From Parcubacteria group bacterium (lineage in GTDB: Bacteria > Patescibacteriota > Minisyncoccia > Moranbacterales > UBA2206), in assembly GCA_041671525.1 (NCBI GenBank), contig JBAZBJ010000003.1, positions 28,813 to 92,812 on the forward strand: 64,000 nucleotides of DNA, in the 5' to 3' direction. Positions 18,531-27,092 of this stretch are shown here, piece by piece (position 1 is the stretch's first letter; every line of letters begins with the position of its first letter). The translations under genes and the position numbers were made by a program. Under the pieces are notes generated by a model that saw only the letters and a program-made list of their open reading frames with translations, searched no databases and was not told the origin of the DNA.

Positions 18531-19832
18531 TTACACCTCCCCCACCGGGATTTTTTTCCATTCGTCGTTTTGGCGACACAGGAGTTCGTCGGCTTTGAGT
18601 GAAGTCGCCATGATTTCTTCGACGACTTTTTCCATGCGCATGCCTTGAGAACCTTTGACGAGGATCAAATCATCCGCCTGGACAATTTCTTGCAATTTTC
18701 GGCCGGCCTCCAGCGAATTTTTGAAGGAAAAAATATTTTCTTTGGGAAAATTATTTTTCAGCAGTTCTTCCGCTGCAAACTGCATCCGCGTCCCGACCGC
18801 AAAAAAAAGATTGCCCTTACTTTCCAAAAACTTTTTAGCCACACTGCGATGGCCCCTTTCCGTTTCCGTTCCCAGCTCCAGCATGTCGCCCATGACCGCG
18901 ATTTTGCGTTTAGCGGAAATTTCGCCCAACACGCTGAGCGCCGCCACTGCGGACGTCGGCGAAGAATTGTAGCTGTCATCGATGATTAAAGAATTTTTTA
19001 TGCCGGGCAGCAGATTCATGCGCCCGCAAGGCGGTACAAAATTTTTGAGCGCCGCAGCAATTTCCACCAGATTAAGGCCGAACCACACACCGGTTGCCGC
19101 CGCGACCAACGCCGAATAGATCTGATGCTTCGCCAACACCGAGTCCAACCGCACCGGGATAGTCGTGCCCTTGTAATTCAATTTGAAACTCAATCCCTTG
19201 ATTTCTTTTCCGCTTTCATCCGCATAGACAAAAGCCGGGTCAGTCGCGCGCATCTCCGCTTCAGCGACAAAGCCGATAGTTGTAAGTTCGGCTTTCAGCT
19301 GCTCACTCATCTTTGCCACATGGGGATTATCAATATTCAGGATTGCCAGATTTTTTTCAAGCAACTTTCTAATCAGAGTGCCTTTTTCTCGGCCGACATC
19401 TTCCACGTTTTTGAAAAATTCGATGTGGCTCAGTGACACATCAGTCACAATCCCAACATCCGATCGGATAAAACTTGTCAGATATTCAATATCGCCCGGA
19501 CGATCCGCACCCATCTCCAAGATCAAAATTTCCGGATACTCTATCGGCAGCACCATAACCACGATCCACTTCAAAAAAACTCCCATCCAGCCAAAAAGCG
19601 AACTATTGCCACTGCTTGCACCGATGATTGTGAGCGGAATGCCGATTTCGTTGTTGTAATTTTTTTCGTTCCGCCTGACGCGATATTGACTTCCCAGCAC
19701 GGCAAAAATTGCCTCCTTGGTCGAGGTTTTGCCGACCGAGCCGGTCACACTGACAATCTTGGGATTATATTTTTTCAACACCCAGATCGCCATCGTTCGG
19801 AGTATTTTTTGTAATATTTTCAATCTTGACAT
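18531..19832 (-). CDS. murF: UDP-N-acetylmuramoyl-tripeptide--D-alanyl-D-alanine ligase
   Basis: Mur ligase P-loop (VTGSVGKTSTKE) and position in the dcw cluster after ftsI. Confidence 0.88.
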   Translation of the reverse strand: MSRLKILQKILRTMAIWVLKKYNPKIVSVTGSVGKTSTKEAIFAVLGSQYRVRRNEKNYNNEIGIPLTIIGASSGNSSLFGWMGVFLKWIVVMVLPIEYPEILILEMGADRPGDIEYLTSFIRSDVGIVTDVSLSHIEFFKNVEDVGREKGTLIRKLLEKNLAILNIDNPHVAKMSEQLKAELTTIGFVAEAEMRATDPAFVYADESGKEIKGLSFKLNYKGTTIPVRLDSVLAKHQIYSALVAAATGVWFGLNLVEIAAALKNFVPPCGRMNLLPGIKNSLIIDDSYNSSPTSAVAALSVLGEISAKRKIAVMGDMLELGTETERGHRSVAKKFLESKGNLFFAVGTRMQFAAEELLKNNFPKENIFSFKNSLEAGRKLQEIVQADDLILVKGSQGMRMEKVVEEIMATSLKADELLCRQNDEWKKIPVGEV

Positions 19833-19838
19833 ATATAT

Positions 19839-21758
19839 TTAGTCTTCCTTCTTTTTATCTTTTTGCAGATCCGCTGGCGCGGCAGTCAACACCACATCAT
19901 CCGTCTTTTCTTTCGCTTTCTTGATGAAATAACTGTTCAGATTGTGCGTCGCGTTAAATTTATCCAGATCGACCTGCGTATATTTTTCCGTCGGTTCGAT
20001 ATTATAATAATCCAACAAAAATTTCATGAGTTCCCCGAAGGCCGGCGCGGCGCTCGATTCGGCCCACTGGACAGTGCGCGGATTGTTCACCCGCACCAAA
20101 ATTGTGAAGCGCGGATCATTCGTCGGGGCGAAACCGGCGAAGGAGCCGATGTTCGTGCCCTGCTCATAGCCTCTGCTGTCCGTGCTGGCCACCTGCGCCG
20201 TGCCGGTCTTGCCGGAAATCAGATATCCCGGCACCCCGGCCTGCTTCCCGTGCCCGTTGATCACCACGCTCTGCAGCATCTGTCCCAACAGAATTGCGGC
20301 TTTTTCCGAAATCACTCGCCGCACCTCTTGCGGTTCCACCGTTTCCCCATTGCCGTCCGGATGAACTATCCTATCAACAATTTGCGGTTTCATCAACACA
20401 CCCCCATTGGCAATCGCATTATAGGCGGCCGCCAACTGGATCGGCGTGACCGTAATGCCCTGCCCAAACGACGCGGTAAAAAATTGGATATCACTCTTTA
20501 AATTTTTCAGATTATTGATGTTGCCACCAGCTTCTCCAACTATATCCGCGCCGGTTAATTCTCCAAACCCAAATCTTCGCACATAATCCGCAAAATTTTT
20601 ATTCCCCACCAGCTTCTCCACGTAAATGACCCCCGTGTTCAAAGATTTTTCCAAAACCTCGGTCATTGTCTGCACACCATTGGCTTTGAGATCGGAATTT
20701 TTGATCGTGTAGCCGGCTTCTTTGACCGAACCCGTGTCAGAATAAGTTGTGTCCGGATTAACCATCCCACTGTCCAGCCCGGCGGCCATCGTAATGGCCT
20801 TGAAAACACTGCCGCTTTCATAGGCCTCGCTCACCGTCGTGTTGCGATAGACTGCAATATCCTCAACTTCCGTATAATTGTTCGGATCAAAAGTGGGATA
20901 ATTGGCCATGCTCAGAATGCGCCCGGTCCGCGGCTCCATCACGATGATCGAACCGCTATCCGCCTCGTTTTTTTCCACCGCCGCCTTTAGCAATTTCTCT
21001 GTTTCATACTGCACCGTGTGATCAATTGTCAAAACAATGTTGTCTCCATCTCGCGCTTGGAGCAATCCCTTGCCTCCCGCGAACACACCCGTGCCGGCCG
21101 CATCGCGCTTCTGCGTGATCTGCCCGTCCGCGCCTTTCAATTTTGTTTCAAAATAGGCTTCCGCGCCGTAGCGACCACCAAAATCTTTGTCACGCCAACC
21201 CACAAAGCCCAAAACATTGGCCGCCAACTCGCCCGATGGATAATAACGAAAACTTTCATCCGCCAGGTGAATGCCGCTCAATTTTGCGTCGTTTATTTTC
21301 TGGATTTCTTCCTCGCTCAACCGGTGCTTGAGCACCTCATACATATCCTCCGGCTGGTTGAATTTTTCTTCCAATTCCGCTCGATCCGCTTGCAGCACCT
21401 CGGCAACCACTCGCGCAGTCTCATTGGGATTTTCAATTTCTTTGGGCACGGCATAAGCCATCTTTGTATTTTGATTGACCGCGGCCGGATACAAACCATC
21501 TTTGTCTTTCAGAAATATTTCGCCGCGTGTCGGTATCAAATTTTTGAACAATGTATGCTGTCCCTCCGCCAGCGCGCGATAGGCATCATAGGAAAAAATC
21601 TGCAAAAAATACAACCTCGTGATTACCGCGATCACGACCACAAAAATGAAAAAAACCAGAACGGATATTCTGTGTTTGGATCCATGGAAACCTTCGCCGC
21701 CCTTGATGGCGCAGCGGCTGCCCACCTTAAAATTTTTCTGCTTGATTCCGCTAACCAT
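19839..21758 (-). CDS. ftsI: Penicillin-binding protein 2 / FtsI-type transpeptidase
   Basis: N-terminal TM helix, PBP dimerisation region, SxxK (SVFK), SxN-like and KTGT motifs. Lies in the dcw cluster. Confidence 0.88.
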   Translation of the reverse strand: MVSGIKQKNFKVGSRCAIKGGEGFHGSKHRISVLVFFIFVVVIAVITRLYFLQIFSYDAYRALAEGQHTLFKNLIPTRGEIFLKDKDGLYPAAVNQNTKMAYAVPKEIENPNETARVVAEVLQADRAELEEKFNQPEDMYEVLKHRLSEEEIQKINDAKLSGIHLADESFRYYPSGELAANVLGFVGWRDKDFGGRYGAEAYFETKLKGADGQITQKRDAAGTGVFAGGKGLLQARDGDNIVLTIDHTVQYETEKLLKAAVEKNEADSGSIIVMEPRTGRILSMANYPTFDPNNYTEVEDIAVYRNTTVSEAYESGSVFKAITMAAGLDSGMVNPDTTYSDTGSVKEAGYTIKNSDLKANGVQTMTEVLEKSLNTGVIYVEKLVGNKNFADYVRRFGFGELTGADIVGEAGGNINNLKNLKSDIQFFTASFGQGITVTPIQLAAAYNAIANGGVLMKPQIVDRIVHPDGNGETVEPQEVRRVISEKAAILLGQMLQSVVINGHGKQAGVPGYLISGKTGTAQVASTDSRGYEQGTNIGSFAGFAPTNDPRFTILVRVNNPRTVQWAESSAAPAFGELMKFLLDYYNIEPTEKYTQVDLDKFNATHNLNSYFIKKAKEKTDDVVLTAAPADLQKDKKKED

Positions 21759-21773
21759 TTTTATGAGCCTATC

Positions 21774-22208
21774 TTATTTCATTGCCACCGGCCCCTTCAT
21801 TTCGACATAAGTCACGTTCGTTGCATTGACCAAATTCAGATTCTCCGTATTTTTTTCGATATTATACATCGAACGTGATTCCACTTCCCGAATTTTCAGT
21901 TTTTGATTCTCTTTTTCCAGATCTTGGATCCGGCTTTCGATCGCTTTGACTTCATAACCCTTGATGGAAATATTGTTGACCTGATACAGATACAACGCGC
22001 CGGCGAAAATCAAGCCGCCCACCATGACAAAAACCATACCGTTGAGACTGACTTTACCGTCACTCACTGCGCGCGCCTTGGATCGCTTCAACACAAAACT
22101 ACTGCTCGCAACCGCAGTGCCGCGCTTCACAGCAAAATTATTTCCCCCGCCTGCCTTGCTATGCAAAGCATTGCGGGCAGGCCAATTTCTGGATAAAACT
22201 ACTGACAT
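21774..22208 (-). CDS. FtsL-like cell division protein (putative)
   Basis: Single TM helix followed by a short coiled coil. Lies between rsmH and ftsI. Confidence 0.5.
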   Translation of the reverse strand: MSVVLSRNWPARNALHSKAGGGNNFAVKRGTAVASSSFVLKRSKARAVSDGKVSLNGMVFVMVGGLIFAGALYLYQVNNISIKGYEVKAIESRIQDLEKENQKLKIREVESRSMYNIEKNTENLNLVNATNVTYVEMKGPVAMK

Positions 22209-22259
22209 TTATTTTCAGTTCCCCCTGAAAATTTTTGTTTATTTATTTTTGTTTGTCTC

Positions 22260-23216
22260 CTACACTTTTTCGCAGATCCGCAATTTTGCGCTCCGGGCGC
22301 GCGGATTTCCCAGTATCTCAGCGTCGCTGGGCGTGATCGGTTTTTTGGTGATCACTTTCATTTTCGCGACGTGGTCACATTGACACTTCGGAAAACTTGG
22401 CGGGCAAATGCATCCCCTTGCATTCTCCCTAAATATATTTTTAACAATTCTATCTTCGAGTGAATGGAATGAGATGATGGCCAATCGTCCGCCCGCACTC
22501 AGTTTTTCCATCGCCGCCGGAATGAATTTTTCCAGATTTTTGAGCTCCTGATTAACCTCGATCCGCAGCGCCTGAAATGTTCGGGTTGCAAAATGGGTTT
22601 TGGCATGCTTGTATTTTTCCGGAACTGCCTGACTGATTGCTTCGACTAATTCAAATGTGGTCTCAATCGCTTTTGCCTTTCGCAATTCAACAATTTTTCT
22701 CGCAATGCTGTTGGCAAACCTTTCTTCTCCATAATTTTTAATGATTCTTCCCAAATCCGCCTGGCTGTATTCATTCACGATTTTCTGCGCGGTCAATTTT
22801 CCATCTTTATCGAGTCGCATGTCCAGCTCCGCGTCTTGCAAAAAACTCATGCCATAACTTGCATCTTCCAACTGGATCGAGGAATAACCGAGATCAGCTA
22901 AAATACCATCCACAGAGTTGATCCCCTGTGCCCCCAATATTTCTCCAAGGTTGGAGAAATTGTCTTTTACTACCTGCCTGCCGATAGGCAGGAAATCAGA
23001 ATTACCAATTTTTGACTCCAAATATTTTTTGAAGTCCTCGACTGCCGCGGCGTCTTGATCAATCGCGATCAGTCTGCCACTTTCACCGATTATTTTTAGG
23101 ATCGCATTGCTGTGTCCGCCTCCCCCCAAGGTGGCGTCCACAGCAACCGATCCAACTTTCAAATTGAGACCCGCAACACTTTCATTCAACAATACTGATT
23201 TGTGACTGACTTTCAT
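22260..23216 (-). CDS. rsmH: 16S rRNA (cytosine1402-N4)-methyltransferase
   Basis: DATLGGGGHS, DLGYSS and FHSLEDR motifs. Confidence 0.93.
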   Translation of the reverse strand: MKVSHKSVLLNESVAGLNLKVGSVAVDATLGGGGHSNAILKIIGESGRLIAIDQDAAAVEDFKKYLESKIGNSDFLPIGRQVVKDNFSNLGEILGAQGINSVDGILADLGYSSIQLEDASYGMSFLQDAELDMRLDKDGKLTAQKIVNEYSQADLGRIIKNYGEERFANSIARKIVELRKAKAIETTFELVEAISQAVPEKYKHAKTHFATRTFQALRIEVNQELKNLEKFIPAAMEKLSAGGRLAIISFHSLEDRIVKNIFRENARGCICPPSFPKCQCDHVAKMKVITKKPITPSDAEILGNPRARSAKLRICEKV

Positions 23217-23232
23217 GTAAATTTCTAATTGC

Positions 23233-23667
23233 CTAATAAACCCCTAGCTTGCCCAACTGCTCTGCGATTTTATCCGTGTTCTTCTCCGCGCTCTTCTTAT
23301 AATCCGCCCAGCGCTTTTCATCCCAAATTTCCAGCCGATTGTACACACCGGCCACCGTCACGTTCTTGCGAAGCCCCGCGTAATCCTTCAGATAATCCGG
23401 AATCAAAATTCGTCCTTGTTTGTCCACGTCCACGTCCACCGCACCAGCGAGTTGCAACCGGATGAAACTGCGCGTTGCCGCTTCGCCCACCGGCAGTGTC
23501 CCAAGCTTCCCCGCCAATTCTTCCCAGACTTTCATGGGATAGACAAACAAACATTTGTCCAAACCGCGCGTGACCACCAACTTGTTCTTGAGTTCCACGC
23601 GAAATTTGCTTGGCACCGCCAATCTTTTTTTCGGATCAATGGAATGTTGATATTCGCCGATGAACAT
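23233..23667 (-). CDS. mraZ: Transcriptional regulator MraZ
   Basis: Starts at the internal Met (MFIGEYQHSIDPKKRLAVPSKFR). Two SpoVT/AbrB-like halves. First gene of the dcw cluster. Confidence 0.88.
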   Translation of the reverse strand: MFIGEYQHSIDPKKRLAVPSKFRVELKNKLVVTRGLDKCLFVYPMKVWEELAGKLGTLPVGEAATRSFIRLQLAGAVDVDVDKQGRILIPDYLKDYAGLRKNVTVAGVYNRLEIWDEKRWADYKKSAEKNTDKIAEQLGKLGVY

Positions 23668-23730
23668 AAAGTAAAGGCGAGGGACTGAAATTGTTAATGA
23701 ATCCAGCGCACCAAAAACTTTGGCGCGTAG

Positions 23731-23797
23731 ATTTACCACTTTCCCCCACTTTCATAAACTACCTCTCTATTTTACTCCACCACACTACAAGCGTCAA
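23731..23797 (-). promoter_or_regulatory. mraZ promoter with GTGG-type direct repeats (candidate MraZ operator)
   Basis: Minus strand reads TTGACG-N17-TAAAAT. The leader contains GAAAGTGG twice at 10-nt spacing, and GTGTGGTGG lies in the spacer. Confidence 0.5.
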
Positions 23798-23915
23798 CAC
23801 TTTCTAAATATGCAAAATACCGCCATTTTCTGGCAGTTTCGCAAAAGTTATCCACAGGCTTCAAAAAAAATGGGTCGATCAGCCTTAGCTAACCGCCCAT
23901 ATAACATAATGCCTC

Positions 23916-24131
23916 TTAGAGTTCATTGAGCTCTCTCAGGAATTCCTCGAGCTCGACCTCCCCTTTTCCCACAAGCCTGAAGGCCTCCTTGAACGTATGT
24001 GTTGACCTAACGCAACACTCTTTTCCCCCAACCTCGACGCAAAGATATTTATTGATAATCTCTGCTGCCGATGATCCCTTGATTGCGCCCGCCGTAAGGA
24101 GGGTCGTATCCTCCGTGATGCTTTGTCCCAT
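23916..24131 (-). CDS. Orphan small protein, 71 aa
   Basis: GGAGG lies 6 nt upstream of the ATG. No family recognised. Confidence 0.45.
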   Translation of the reverse strand: MGQSITEDTTLLTAGAIKGSSAAEIINKYLCVEVGGKECCVRSTHTFKEAFRLVGKGEVELEEFLRELNEL

Positions 24132-24235
24132 TGTATACCTCCGGAATATTTTATTTTTACGTCAAATGCGCACGTTTGCGAATTCAGATCAGCGTAACAA
24201 AAAAGGCCTGAAAAGTCAAGCCCCGAACTACCAAC

Positions 24236-24312
24236 ATTCTCACATTCTCGAGAATGTGAGAATATCATTAATTGTTTTAAAAAAATGACATTCTGGCTTT
24301 CTGCAGAATGTC
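24236..24312. promoter_or_regulatory. Pair of palindromic operator-like sites sharing the half-site ACATTCT
   Basis: A perfect 28-bp palindrome ATTCTCACATTCTCGAGAATGTGAGAAT at 24236-24263, and GACATTCTG-N8-CAGAATGTC at 24287-24312. Confidence 0.5.
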
Positions 24313-24484
24313 GGAATGTTATGCAAGTACTTTAATACGTATTAAGGTATGTATTAAATTCCGAAGGCCAGGGCGTTTCCTTTGATAAATTTTTTAGTCC
24401 AGGTGAAATCTAAAATATATTTTTGAATAAAAAAAATCAGCGGGTAATGTTTTCACACCCGCTGATAATTTTGTGACAGTATCA

Positions 24485-25051
24485 CTACTTTCTCATCATC
24501 TTCTGCATCAATTCGGTATTGATCGGCTCCTGCAGGCCGGCCTTGATCAGCCTCACAAACAGTTCAGGATTTTTTTCTTCGATCCGAGTACGCAGAAGCC
24601 TGAAGAGTTTAGTTGATCCAGCACAAATCGCATTCAGGAGGGTGATGATGTCCTTTTTTTCCTCAGCATCCTCATCCAACCAACAGGTGACTTCAATGTC
24701 ATCAAGAATCTCATGGCCACCATCGCCCCGTGCCAGCTCTGATGTGAAAACCTTTATCGCCTCTTCAATCATGGGCGAAACAACTAAAGCAGTTTTGCGC
24801 AATCCCAGCCATCTTCTGCTCCTCATGTACTCCTTCTTTTTTTTGTCTTCAAGGTATTCCTCTTCTGAAACAAACAAAGGGAAATATCCCCTAGCAACTT
24901 TGTCATCTGTCCTATAGGCCACCTTACCAACCCGCAAGGTCTTAAAACGCTCCAGAAGATGCATGCCTTCTGGCATCTCGTTACCTATGAAAATCTCCCC
25001 TTCTTTGCACTCGGGATGCTGATTGGTTCTCGTCTTGCATTTTGTTCCCAT
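24485..25051 (-). CDS. Orphan hypothetical protein, 188 aa from the internal Met
   Basis: AAGGAGGAG lies 6 nt upstream of the MGTKCK... start. The gene has its own promoter and a strong terminator (ATCAGCGGGT...ACCCGCTGAT plus a T-run). Confidence 0.55.
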   Translation of the reverse strand: MGTKCKTRTNQHPECKEGEIFIGNEMPEGMHLLERFKTLRVGKVAYRTDDKVARGYFPLFVSEEEYLEDKKKKEYMRSRRWLGLRKTALVVSPMIEEAIKVFTSELARGDGGHEILDDIEVTCWLDEDAEEKKDIITLLNAICAGSTKLFRLLRTRIEEKNPELFVRLIKAGLQEPINTELMQKMMRK

Positions 25052-25116
25052 TTCTAACTCCTCCTTTTCTGCGCGATTTTTTTTATTATAAAAATACATC
25101 TCGACTGTGATTGTCT

Positions 25117-25145
25117 ATTATACTCCTATTTCCGACTTTTGTCAA
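25117..25145 (-). promoter_or_regulatory. Consensus sigma-70-type promoter
   Basis: TTGACA-N17-TATAAT followed by the leader GACAATCACAGTCGAG, nearly identical to the one at 18479-18506. Confidence 0.55.
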
Positions 25146-25206
25146 GTCAGGCCGTGTTTCCTTCGCTGAATTTTTTGAGTCCGGGTGAGATCATCAAATT
25201 TTAAAT

Positions 25207-25503
25207 TTATTGCGATTTGATAATATTTTTCTTGACCGCATCAACAAACAAGCGGAATGCTGGCCGGTTTTCTTTTTTATAGATTATTTTCACGCCCAAC
25301 AGATGCTCCTTCGGACATTGCAAGCTCTTACCAGAAATTGAAACTTTTGGATCAAAAATCCTGTCGAGATACATGCGCCTCAAATTGCCCGGACCGTCTT
25401 TTTGGTATGCGCAGATCTTGGCCCCGCATTTCTCGCAAGAAATTTCCAACAAGCGGCTATACCCGCCGCGACTCTTTTTGTATTTGTCGTTTTTTATTTT
25501 CAT
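25207..25503 (-). CDS. Small Cys-containing (zinc-ribbon-like) protein, 98 aa
   Basis: CEKCGAKIC...C pattern. The start overlaps the stop of the NUDIX gene by 4 nt. Confidence 0.45.
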   Translation of the reverse strand: MKIKNDKYKKSRGGYSRLLEISCEKCGAKICAYQKDGPGNLRRMYLDRIFDPKVSISGKSLQCPKEHLLGVKIIYKKENRPAFRLFVDAVKKNIIKSQ

Positions 25504-26036
25504 AAAATTTCTTTTAAATAATCGGATTTTTCAATAAAGCCATCAATTTTTCCCGCCCAGGCTTTCGGATTTTTGCGCATCGAATTTTTTACTTCCTCAA
25601 CGCTCATCCATTTCACTTCCTGCACCTCCCCATCATTGAATTGCAAATCTTCCAGGGCACCATTAAATTCCAAATAATAAATTACATTTTGTTCGCGGTT
25701 GTCCGGATTGTCACGCTTGCGCCAATAGCCGCCCAGCAATTTTTCATAATCAATTTCCAAGCCTATTTCTTCCTGCAGTTCCGCCTTGGTGCCTTGCTCC
25801 AAAGTTTCGCCAGCCTTGATGTGCCCGCCGAAACTTGTCGCCAACTTGTTCGGATTATGTTCTTTCAGCGGCGAGCGTAAATGAATTAAAAAATCAATGT
25901 CATCATTATTTTTCCGAAAAAGATACACATGCACCGTCCGATGCCAAAGGCCTTCCGCGTGAACCTTGCTCCGCGGGGCACTTTCGCCAGTCAGCTCATT
26001 ATTCTCCGAAACGATGTCTAAAAATTCTTCGGCCAT
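25500..26036 (-). CDS. NUDIX hydrolase
   Basis: Nudix box GGHIKAGETLEQGTKAELQEEIGL. Confidence 0.85.
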   Translation of the reverse strand: MAEEFLDIVSENNELTGESAPRSKVHAEGLWHRTVHVYLFRKNNDDIDFLIHLRSPLKEHNPNKLATSFGGHIKAGETLEQGTKAELQEEIGLEIDYEKLLGGYWRKRDNPDNREQNVIYYLEFNGALEDLQFNDGEVQEVKWMSVEEVKNSMRKNPKAWAGKIDGFIEKSDYLKEIL

Positions 26037-26042
26037 AAAATA

Positions 26043-26405
26043 TTAAACTTTTTCCAACATTAATATTCTTTTCTTGAACCCGCCTCTTTTTTCTGCTTTT
26101 TCTTTTTGGACTTTCCGGACCGTTTCCAGATCCAAGCCGTTAAATTCCAAAATCGTGTCAATGAGCTCCATGACGTCGGCTGCTTCCTCAACTATATGCT
26201 CTTTGCTTTTGGCGTTAGCCAGCTCATGCGCCTCTTCTTCGACTTTCTTCAATAAAAATTTTGAATATTCCTCGTCATTTTCCAAAATTCTAGTTTTTAC
26301 CTCCTTGCCCGTGAGCTTCCCAACCACTTCAGGAATATTGTCCCGCACTAATTTTGGATATTCATTTTCCTTTTCCAGACTTGTTTCAAAATGTTTAAAT
26401 TCCAT
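26043..26405 (-). CDS. MazG-like nucleotide pyrophosphohydrolase (small all-alpha type)
   Basis: KLVRDNIPE... and EEAHEL...EEAADVMEL metal-binding helices. 120 aa. Confidence 0.75.
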   Translation of the reverse strand: MEFKHFETSLEKENEYPKLVRDNIPEVVGKLTGKEVKTRILENDEEYSKFLLKKVEEEAHELANAKSKEHIVEEAADVMELIDTILEFNGLDLETVRKVQKEKAEKRGGFKKRILMLEKV

Positions 26406-26430
26406 ATTTTTTAATTATGTAATTAATTAA

Positions 26431-26925
26431 TTACCTCTTCTTTCGCTTAGCAATAAAAAACCAAAGATACAAAATCGCCAGCAGGATCAGATTGGGGACA
26501 TAGACGACCGGATTGCCCCAGCTGATGCCGTTCACGTGGAAATTGGAGACCGGCCATAGGAACGGCGTCGGGAAGAAGGCGCTCGAGTGGGACGGGATGT
26601 CAATGAGAATGTGCAGCGCCCACGCTCCCATCAGCCAGAATGGTTTTTTCCGGATGAACCAGACCAAAAGAAAAACTGCCAGAAAAATAACCAGGCTGTG
26701 CGTGTAGTTATAGAGCACATGGACGAACTGCGGCACCGACGCCGGAGATGGAGTCCCGTGGCTAAAATCCGGCCGCTCGAGGATGCCCAGCAGGTTGGCG
26801 ACAAAAAGAATCCCGAAAGAAAACAGGTCCGGCGCCACTCCAAAAAAGAAAGTCAGCCAAAAACTCTTCCGGTCTTTGCGACCGAACACGCCGCTACCCC
26901 ACAGTCCGTGAGAAATTATATCCAT
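26431..26925 (-). CDS. Membrane-bound metal-dependent hydrolase (YdjM/DUF457-like)
   Basis: MDIISHGLWG start followed by multiple TM helices with conserved His residues. Confidence 0.65.
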   Translation of the reverse strand: MDIISHGLWGSGVFGRKDRKSFWLTFFFGVAPDLFSFGILFVANLLGILERPDFSHGTPSPASVPQFVHVLYNYTHSLVIFLAVFLLVWFIRKKPFWLMGAWALHILIDIPSHSSAFFPTPFLWPVSNFHVNGISWGNPVVYVPNLILLAILYLWFFIAKRKKR

Positions 26926-27092
26926 AATAAGGATATTGTAGCACAAAAAACGGCCAGGCTCGCCTCTCGGCCGCTATCCATATTGTCTTTTGCTTTTTCC
27001 CCGGAAAGTTGCTAGGATTTTTATAGGCAGTTTGGGACAGATCATTAACATAATAACCCATAAATAACTACTGAAAGAGGAGGAAAAACAGC

